A stretch of DNA of 32,000 bases, taken from Gemmata obscuriglobus. Lineage in GTDB: Bacteria > Planctomycetota > Planctomycetia > Gemmatales > Gemmataceae. The notes below the pieces were generated by a model. The model was given only the letters and a program-made list of their open reading frames with translations, searched no databases and was not told the origin of the DNA. Position numbers and translations under genes: made by a program. Positions within the stretch are counted from its first letter, which is position 1. Each line of letters begins with the position of its first letter. The DNA lies in the NCBI RefSeq assembly GCF_008065095.1, contig NZ_CP042911.1:5220001-5252000 (forward strand). The letters run 5' to 3'. Positions 7,406 to 13,916 of this stretch are shown here, one piece after another.

Positions 7406-7758
7406 TCGCTCCGCACCGCGGTTCCTGGCCACGGGCCGAGCGTCGCGCATCCGCGGAGCCCGTGCCACCGGTGCGGGCGTGCGGAGCACCACCGACTCGA
7501 CGCACCGTGTCGCGGCCCACCGGAGGCCACCCACCACCGCACCTCGCGGCGATGAGCCGCGCCAGGCACCCACGGGCACCACGCGGAGCACCACCGACTC
7601 GAACCGCCGTGTCCCCACGCGCCCCCGGCCACGCCCACCCGCACTTCGCGGCGACGAGCCGCGCCAACCACCGACCGGCACCACGCGGAGCCACCACCGT
7701 CTGATGCCCCGCGGACCACACGCCCACCGCCGCCCGCGCGCTCCAGAACGCCCGGGTG
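7406..7758 (-). repeat. ORF-less cassette family U, copy U8 (identical to U6)
   Basis: See 6094-6446. Confidence 0.75.
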
Positions 7759-7849
7759 GCCGAACAAATAGCTCACCTGCACCGCCATCACCGGATGAGC
7801 GATGCGTCACAACTCAGATGGCGGTGTCAGGTGCAGCGCCGGGTTCGGC
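7759..7849 (-). repeat. attC-like structured inverted repeat (copy 15)
   Basis: Cores at 7759-7765 and 7843-7849. Consensus arms. Confidence 0.7.
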
Positions 7850-8185
7850 TTCGTCGCTGGCAGTTGCGGTTCCGCGAAGCCCGCGCTCGTACCGCGCATC
7901 CGCGGAGCCACCACCGACACCCACCACCGTGTCGCGGCCCACCGAGGGCCACCCACCACCGCACCTCGCGGCGATGAGCCGCGCCGACCACCGGCGGGCG
8001 CCACGCGGAGCGCCACCGACCCGAACCGCCGTGTCCCCATGCGCACCCGGCCACGCCCAACCACACCTCGCGGCGGCGAGCCGCGCCAGACCCGATCGGC
8101 ACCACGCGGAGCCCGACCCGCGGGCGTCACCCACGCGGACCACACGCCCACAACCGCCGCACGCGCGATCGAGCGCCTCGGGGTT
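7850..8185 (-). repeat. ORF-less cassette family U, copy U9
   Basis: 336 bp with two hairpin motifs; the second is the variant CGCGGCGGCGAGCCGCG. The tail is the same as in the partial copy at 1-156. Confidence 0.75.
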
Positions 8186-8277
8186 GCCGAACCAGGAGCT
8201 GAGCTGCAAGCCGCCCCTCTCAGGGCGGTCTCCCCTTGCTCCCGCGACGGCTTGTCAGCTCCAGCGGGGGGTTCGGC
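8186..8277 (-). repeat. attC-like structured inverted repeat (copy 16, covarying stem; extra third arm at 8315-8338)
   Basis: GCCGAAC(8186-8192)-CAGGA-GCT-GAGCTG-CAAGCCG / loop / CGGCTTG-T-CAGCTC-C-AGC-GGGGG-GTTCGGC(8271-8277). In addition, 8315-8338 is the perfect reverse complement of 8186-8209. Confidence 0.65.
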
Positions 8278-8511
8278 CGACGGCCGCCTCCTTCCGCCAG
8301 AGGGTGAGTGAGCGTTGCAGCTCAGCTCCTGGTTCGGCCGCCGCCGGATCCGCTCAGCCCACCGGGGACATCGCACGGCGGGAGATCACCATGCGACCTC
8401 AGGCCGCTCGGATCGGCGGGCCCTCGCCGGTCGCCTTCACCAGGGGGGAGGTGGCGACAACCTTACGACCGCCCGCCGATCCGCGGCGCGTACAACCACC
8501 TCACGGCGGCG

Positions 8512-8602
8512 GCCGAACGAACAGCTCACCTGCACCGCCATCATCGGATGAGCGATGCGTCCCGGAACAGATGGCGGTGTCAGGTGCAGCGCCGGGTTCG
8601 GC
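8512..8602 (-). repeat. attC-like structured inverted repeat (copy 17)
   Basis: Cores at 8512-8518 and 8596-8602. Consensus arms. Confidence 0.7.
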
Positions 8603-9065
8603 CTCGGGTGCGACACGAGCCAGCCAAGGGCGGCTCGTCTGAGTCGGCAACGAGGCCGGGGGAAGGCGGCTCGCCCTCGGCCAACGCTACTATGCCCTCG
8701 GCCTCCTCCTGCTCGGCGTCACTCATGCCGTCGAGGATGCTCCGCACGTTGTCGCCGTACATCCTCGCGGCCAACAGCGGAGCCAACTCGCGAAAGTCCG
8801 GCCCGTCGGTGCCAAAGTTCAAGAAGTGCTCGAACAGCACCTCCGACCCACGCTTGTCCTCGACTTCCCGCTTGTGCGGGCCGATACCGATCCAGTTGAC
8901 TTGCCCGTCGATGCCGTTGGACACGGCCTCCGAGCCGATGCCGCCGACGCCGACGACCGCATCGTACTCGCGGTCGCGGACGATGCCCATGCAGTCATGC
9001 ACACCGAAGCAACCGCTCGCGTCGGGGTCGCCGTTGTGCGTTCGCTTGTAAACTAGCACTCGCAT
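8580..9065 (-). CDS. Cassette ORF: hypothetical protein (161 aa)
   Basis: ATG 9065-9063 lies 6 nt after GAGGAG and 22 nt after the attC-like core. MRVLVYKRTHNGDPDASGCFGVHDCMGIVRDREYDAVVGVGGIG... looks like a globular conserved protein, but I do not recognise the family. The 3' end reads into the attC-like site. Confidence 0.7.
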   Translation of the reverse strand: MRVLVYKRTHNGDPDASGCFGVHDCMGIVRDREYDAVVGVGGIGSEAVSNGIDGQVNWIGIGPHKREVEDKRGSEVLFEHFLNFGTDGPDFRELAPLLAARMYGDNVRSILDGMSDAEQEEAEGIVALAEGEPPSPGLVADSDEPPLAGSCRTRGRTRRCT

Positions 9066-9087
9066 GACGGCTCCTCGACCTTCTGGT

Positions 9088-9178
9088 GCCGAACATAAAG
9101 CTCACCTGCACCGCCATCATCGGATCAGCGATGCGTTCCGAATCAGCCGGCGGTGTCAGGTGCAGCGCCGGGTTCGGC
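9088..9178 (-). repeat. attC-like structured inverted repeat (copy 18)
   Basis: Cores at 9088-9094 and 9172-9178. Consensus arms. Confidence 0.7.
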
Positions 9179-9183
9179 GTGCC

Positions 9184-9588
9184 TTATTGGGCGTCGCGGG
9201 CCTCCTGCCGCAGCTCCGCCAGATACACCTCGAAGCTGCCGTACCGCTCCTCGACCTCGTGGGCCTCGTGTTGGTAGAACCCGACACCCCACATGGCACC
9301 ACCGCGGTCCACGAACCAGTAGTCCCCAGCCCCGTTGGTGCCGACGACGAGGTAGCTCGCTGGCCACGGCTCCTCGTCCTCACCAACGGTCATCCAGGCC
9401 GCCCGCTGCCGCGCCGCCAAATTCTCTCGGATGATGGCATCCGCGTCGGTCCACAGCACAGCGCGTTGCGGGAGGGTCGCCTTGATCCGGCGAACTTCGT
9501 CAGCGTGGCGGCGGAGGAAGTCGCGGTACTCGCCGGGCAGCGGATGGCCGAGCGCCGACTCGATCCGGGCAACCTCGGCTTCGCCCAT
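9184..9588 (-). CDS. Cassette ORF: SMI1/KNR4 (SUKH-1) family protein, immunity-protein-like (134 aa)
   Basis: MGEAEVARIESALGHPLPGEYRDFLRRH... plus ...YLVVGTNGAGDYWFVDRGG...GFYQHE match the SMI1/KNR4 pattern (N-terminal 'LP.eY..FL', central 'G.GdY' block). ATG 9588 lies 17 nt after core 9606-9612, with GGAGGG upstream. Confidence 0.75.
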   Translation of the reverse strand: MGEAEVARIESALGHPLPGEYRDFLRRHADEVRRIKATLPQRAVLWTDADAIIRENLAARQRAAWMTVGEDEEPWPASYLVVGTNGAGDYWFVDRGGAMWGVGFYQHEAHEVEERYGSFEVYLAELRQEARDAQ

Positions 9589-9605
9589 CCGAGAGCCCTC
9601 CGGGT

Positions 9606-9830
9606 GCCGAACCAGTGTTTAGTGTGCGAGGCTTCGCGCAATAACACGGGATGATTTCACCCGGCGCACCACGCGCCGGGAACCGAACTACTTGCCGGAA
9701 CTGTCGTTACCGTGTGAAGGGCGTCTTCACAATATGCGCAACAACACGGTAATGGGCCGTGCGAAACTTCGACTCACACCTTCACGGCTCGCACAATAAC
9801 ACGGTAACGGTCCGTGCGAACGTGAACGTT
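9606..9830 (-). promoter_or_regulatory. Array boundary: lone core half-site (GCCGAAC 9606-9612) followed by a repeat-rich non-coding region; candidate attI-like / regulatory region
   Basis: The core is present, but no arm sequences and no partner GTTCGGC follow. Three direct copies of GCRCAAYAACACGG lie at 9636-9649, 9736-9749 and 9791-9804; the last two extend to ~32 nt (...ACACGGTAAYGGKCCGTGCGAA). An inverted partial copy GTTACCGTGT lies at 9706-9715, and a hairpin CCGGCGC-ACCAC-GCGCCGG at 9661-9679. Confidence 0.4.
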
Positions 9831-10151
9831 ACTTCGGTGCTTCTCGCGGTGATCTTTGCTTTCTAGTTGCACGGGCCGGCGCATTCTCTCGCGCCGATCG
9901 GGCCGACACGATCAGAAGTGTACCCACGTCGTCGCCCGCGCTCAAGACCCTTATCCCGATTCGGTCCAGTGTCTGCGCGCCCGTTCGCCCATCTCGTTCC
10001 GCCGGCGCCGCACTCATTGCGCCGCTCGCGGAGCCATCCCACCTCCCGCACACTGAACATGATTCCTTGACATACCCACCCCGGCGGCACCAGCGGACGG
10101 GGCAACACAGCGTCTTCCGGGCTCCCAACCGATCACCAAGGCCGTACCCAC

Positions 10152-10182
10152 TTAAAACGCCCGGCTGGAGGATCAGCCGGGC
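10152..10182 (-). terminator. Rho-independent-type terminator downstream of 10211-11482
   Basis: Stem GCCCGGCTG (10159-10167) / CAGCCGGGC (10174-10182) with loop GAGGAT. On the minus strand it is followed by GTTTTAAG. Lies 29 nt after the stop codon. Confidence 0.6.
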
Positions 10183-10210
10183 GCAGTTTCAGACCGAGCA
10201 GTCCACCGGA

Positions 10211-11482
10211 TCAGCTCTTTTCATCGTCCTTGTCTTCCACTGACCGGATGAACTCCAGCGCGCCACGCCGCACGCCCCCGACGGCACGCCAGTAGCCCAC
10301 TACCACGATTAGCCAGCCCATCAGGATCGCCGCCTGCTCGTAGAGCAGCCAATCGGCGTCCGGCTTCTTCGGGCGCCCGTGAATTACGTACTGCTCCCAC
10401 CCGACGATTACGAGAACCGGAATGAGGGCGAAAAGGAACCCGAGCCACCCGACCTGCCGGGCCACCTTCGGCCGCTTGAGCGCGAGCCCGCTGGCGGTCA
10501 GCGCGGTGAGGAACCAGAACTCCGCCAGCGGGGCGGACACGAGCAGCGCCAGCCGCGCGTACTTCACCTCCTCCGGGAACGGCACCTTCTCGCACACGAT
10601 CCAAACCGGCACGGACACGAAGGCGACCAGGGTCAGGAGACCGCTCAGCGCGAACATTCCGCCGGCGCCGCTGTTCCGCGGGGCGCCGCCGCTGAACAGC
10701 CGCCCGATCACCATCAGGAACCCGGCCAGCGCGCCGAGCAGCCCGTAGGTGGCGAGGTTGATTTCGTCGGACTTCGAGAGCGGGATCGAGTTCGGCCCGC
10801 CCGAGTTGATGTAGCCTTCGATCTGGACCCACCCCTCGCCCTTGGGCAGTTCGCCGACGGAGCGAGTGTAAACCGCTTTGCCGAACTCGACGAACCCGAG
10901 CAGCGCGACGAACAGCAGCGAGAACCGGACCCAGAAGAGCCCGCGGCGCACGGACGCCCACTTCTTCGCGAGCACCTGTTCGGGGTTCTTCTCCGCCGCC
11001 TTCTTCTTGGGCTCGGGCGCGGCCGGCTTGGGGCGCGGCTTGCTCCCGCGGTCACCTCGCTTGGGCGCGGGCGGCGGTGCGTCCGGGTCCGGTTCGAGTT
11101 CGGGCGGCGGGGCCGACGGGAACGGCCGCGACGCGGCGGTCGGCACCGGGCCGGTGGCGGCGGGTTGGTTCGGCAGCGCACCCCAATCGGCCGCGGCGGC
11201 CGGCGACTCGGGCAGTTTGGCCCGCACCGGCGCGACGGGCGGGCGCGACGGGGCCGGGCGCGGCTGCGACGGCGGCAGCAGGTCCGACTCGAACGCGGGC
11301 CGCGACGGGGCCGGGGGCGGCGGCGGCGGCTCGACCGGGACCGTCGGCGCGGCCCCGCCCTCTTCGGGCACCGGCACCGGCACCGCGGTCTGGCAGTACG
11401 GGCACTTCACCCGCTTACCCGCGGACTCGTCGCGGGCGCGGAACCGCTTCCCGCACGACGGGCACCCCAGTGTGATCGGCAT
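10211..11482 (-). CDS. Zinc-ribbon / Pro-rich linker / multi-TM membrane protein (423 aa)
   Basis: N-terminus MPITLGCPSCGKRFRARDESAGKRVKCPYCQ has CxxC...CxxC. A long P/A-rich linker is followed by several hydrophobic spans in the C-terminal half. Confidence 0.8.
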   Translation of the reverse strand: MPITLGCPSCGKRFRARDESAGKRVKCPYCQTAVPVPVPEEGGAAPTVPVEPPPPPPAPSRPAFESDLLPPSQPRPAPSRPPVAPVRAKLPESPAAAADWGALPNQPAATGPVPTAASRPFPSAPPPELEPDPDAPPPAPKRGDRGSKPRPKPAAPEPKKKAAEKNPEQVLAKKWASVRRGLFWVRFSLLFVALLGFVEFGKAVYTRSVGELPKGEGWVQIEGYINSGGPNSIPLSKSDEINLATYGLLGALAGFLMVIGRLFSGGAPRNSGAGGMFALSGLLTLVAFVSVPVWIVCEKVPFPEEVKYARLALLVSAPLAEFWFLTALTASGLALKRPKVARQVGWLGFLFALIPVLVIVGWEQYVIHGRPKKPDADWLLYEQAAILMGWLIVVVGYWRAVGGVRRGALEFIRSVEDKDDEKS

Positions 11483-11553
11483 AATTTCTCCAGCACCAAG
11501 GAACTCGCCGCGTCGCCAAATAAAGATCCCACCTACCGGTGGGGCGGCCGGCG

Positions 11554-12561
11554 CTATTGTGCGGATTCGGAACCGGAACGGTTACTCTCCGCGGCCGCGC
11601 GCCCGGCCGCAAAGAGCGAGTAGTGAATGAACGAGTACGCGGCATTAAACAGGTAGACGACCAAGAGGCCGCCCAAAAGGAGGCCCGCGCGCTGTGCGAC
11701 CGGTATCGGGGCGGCAGGCGGTGCGGGCCGCGCCGCGGGGACCGGCGCCGGGCGCGGCAGAAACTCCGCAAACAGACCGGCATAGATGATCAGCGCCATG
11801 AGCACGACCCAGGCGGACACCATCAACTGGAGCGCCAGCGCGACCGCTCCCGCCCGCCGGCGGAGCCGGTCGGTCGGCAGCGCGCCGCCGACAACTCCCA
11901 TCCCGGCGACTACACTCACTTCCGCCACGAAGCCGGCAACGGCAGCGAGCGCGTACAGCCGTCCGACCCACTCGGTCCCCACCGCCCGGTCGCCGCGGCT
12001 CACCAGCGCGAACGCCACGAAGAGCAGCGCGCAGAGGAGCGCCAGGAACCGCAAACCGCTCAAGCAGAACGCGCCCATCAGGACGCCCAAGCCGCTGGTC
12101 CCGGCCGGCAACTGCAGCATCATCAACCGCCCGGCGCAGACGCAGCCGGTGCCGACGAGGAGGAGGCCAAAGAACACGGGCGCAGAATAGTCGCTGTTGA
12201 CCCGAGCAACCGGGATCACTCCGAGCCGCCCAAGCCCCACACCCGCCACGACCATAAACATTAGCGTGACGGCAAGGAACTCCGTCACGATGCCCCACTC
12301 GACCCACCGACACCCGCGGGCGAACGACCGCCACGGCCCCGCCGAGCCGTGCCCCGCGGTTCCGCGAGTGCGGCGGCCCGGCACCGGCGATTTGCGGGTC
12401 ACCGGCGGCTCGCCCTCATCGGGAATCGGAAGCAGTTCGACCTCTGGGCCCGGCACGGTCGAGAGCGCCTTGCAGTGGGGGCACCGGACCAATTGTCCGG
12501 CCCGGTGCTCCGGTGCCTCAAGCGGTTCGTCGCAGTGCGAGCAGGTGAGCGAAATCGGCAT
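11554..12561 (-). CDS. Zinc-ribbon multi-TM membrane protein, paralog-like of the downstream gene (335 aa)
   Basis: N-terminus MPISLTCSHCDEPLEAPEHRAGQLVRCPHCK has CxxC...CxxC. The C-terminal half is hydrophobic. Confidence 0.75.
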   Translation of the reverse strand: MPISLTCSHCDEPLEAPEHRAGQLVRCPHCKALSTVPGPEVELLPIPDEGEPPVTRKSPVPGRRTRGTAGHGSAGPWRSFARGCRWVEWGIVTEFLAVTLMFMVVAGVGLGRLGVIPVARVNSDYSAPVFFGLLLVGTGCVCAGRLMMLQLPAGTSGLGVLMGAFCLSGLRFLALLCALLFVAFALVSRGDRAVGTEWVGRLYALAAVAGFVAEVSVVAGMGVVGGALPTDRLRRRAGAVALALQLMVSAWVVLMALIIYAGLFAEFLPRPAPVPAARPAPPAAPIPVAQRAGLLLGGLLVVYLFNAAYSFIHYSLFAAGRAAAESNRSGSESAQ

Positions 12562-12708
12562 CCACTGTTTCCAAAGGGAAACGACCGGCCAACCCTTTGT
12601 GCCATTTGCGACATGCTAAGCGCAACAGCGCCCGGGCGGAACCCCCCGGGCGCCGGAAAAGCCGCGGCCGGGGTCCGCGCGGCGCGGTGGTGCCGGCGGC
12701 ACGGGGCG

Positions 12709-12969
12709 TCAGAACCGCGGGGCGGGCCGCGGCCACTCGGGATCGTAGGCCAGTGAGAAGATTTGTTGAAGCAACTCGGCCTTGTTCGGCGCGTCGCCGA
12801 GGAGCGCCTCAACGGCGCTCCGCAGCTTCGCCATACGCGGATCGGCGGCCGCGGTTTCGGCGCCGGCGCCGCGGCCGATGCGGTCGAAGATGGCGGCCGC
12901 TTCCAGCAACTTGCTGCGTGCGTCGAGGAAGAACTGGTCGAGCGCGGCGGCGGCGGGGAGTGGGTTCAT
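12709..12969 (-). CDS. Hypothetical protein (86 aa)
   Basis: ATG lies 8 nt after the larE stop, on the same strand. The ORF is non-repetitive and helical-looking. No family recognised. Confidence 0.55.
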   Translation of the reverse strand: MNPLPAAAALDQFFLDARSKLLEAAAIFDRIGRGAGAETAAADPRMAKLRSAVEALLGDAPNKAELLQQIFSLAYDPEWPRPAPRF

Positions 12970-12976
12970 GGGGGCC

Positions 12977-13882
12977 TTACAGTTCGTCGGCGGCGGGCGC
13001 CTGGGTCGGTTCGTCGCGGCGGTAGCGCAGCTTTAACTCGATCGGTACGAGTTCATTCAAGTTGCCCGAGCGGAACCCGTCGAGGTCGAGGGTCACGAAC
13101 TTGAACCCGAGCCCATGAAGCGCCCGGGCGAGTTCGCCGCGAACCGGGTCGGCGGCGAACTTCGACAGCTCGCTCACGGGCACCTCAACGCGGGCCAGGT
13201 CGCCCTCGTGGTACCGCACCCGGCACTCGCGCAGCCCCAGCGACCGCAGTACGGCTTCCGCGTCCTCGACCCTCTTCGTCCGCTCCGGGGTGACCGTAAC
13301 CCCGGGCGCCATCCGGCTGGACAGGCACGGCGCCGCCGGCTTGTCCCAGGTCGGAAGCCCCCAGAACCGCGCCAGCGCGCGGACGTCGGCCTTCGTGAAC
13401 CCGGCGTCTTGCAGCGGGTGCCGCACCGAATGCTCGGCGGCGGCGAGCAGCCCGGGGCGGTAGTCCCCCCGGTCGTCGAGGTTCGCCCCGCTCGCGATGA
13501 TCGACACTTCCAGCTCCGGCAGGATCGACTCGACCGTGGTGTACAACTCGGTCTTGCAGTGGTAGCAGCGGGAGCCGTCGTTTTTGGTGTAGTCGGGGTT
13601 GCGGAACTCGTCGGTGCGGACGACGACGTGCCGGATGCCGATCAGCTTCGCCAGCTCGCGTGCGTCGCGCAACTCGTTGCGGGCCACGCTCGGGCTGTCG
13701 GCGGTCACCGCGACCGCCCGGGTGCCGAGCGCCAGGTGCGCGGCCTTCGCGACGACGGTACTATCAATGCCGCCGCTGAACGCGACCGCAACGCCCGGCA
13801 TGCCGCCAAGGGTCGCGAGCAGCGCCTCGCGTTTGGCGTCAAGCGTGGCAGACAGTTCGATGGCGTTCGCCTCAGTAAACAT
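12977..13882 (-). CDS. larE: ATP-dependent sacrificial sulfur transferase LarE (PP-loop ATP pyrophosphatase family)
   Basis: PP-loop AFSGGIDSTV, ...CYHCK..., and ...PAAPCLSSRMAPG... (the conserved Cys region). Length of 301 aa is typical of TIGR00268/LarE. Confidence 0.85.
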   Translation of the reverse strand: MFTEANAIELSATLDAKREALLATLGGMPGVAVAFSGGIDSTVVAKAAHLALGTRAVAVTADSPSVARNELRDARELAKLIGIRHVVVRTDEFRNPDYTKNDGSRCYHCKTELYTTVESILPELEVSIIASGANLDDRGDYRPGLLAAAEHSVRHPLQDAGFTKADVRALARFWGLPTWDKPAAPCLSSRMAPGVTVTPERTKRVEDAEAVLRSLGLRECRVRYHEGDLARVEVPVSELSKFAADPVRGELARALHGLGFKFVTLDLDGFRSGNLNELVPIELKLRYRRDEPTQAPAADEL

Positions 13883-13916
13883 GATTTCAGTATAAGAGCG
13901 GCGTGCAGGTGGGTGG

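Noticed and set aside
1-9612. CRISPR array interpretation of the regularly spaced repeats.
   Set aside because: The repeats are ~91-nt long hairpins with inverse 7-nt cores, far longer than CRISPR repeats. The 'spacers' are 140-1700 bp and either homologous to one another or contain complete genes. No cas genes are present.
1-9612. REP/REPIN or MITE interpretation of the 91-nt element.
   Set aside because: This is not fully excluded without genome-wide data, but it is disfavoured. All 18 copies have the same polarity. They are strictly interleaved with single co-oriented compact ORFs. They show stem covariation with conserved bulges. Duplications end exactly at the cores. The series ends in a half-site.
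9830-10150. Possible relic of an integron integrase gene next to the attI-like region.
   Set aside because: I translated the open frames by eye and none resembles tyrosine-recombinase motifs (no R..HxxR..Y-type blocks or IntI N-terminal pattern). The one long open frame has no start codon. A sensitive profile search is still advisable.
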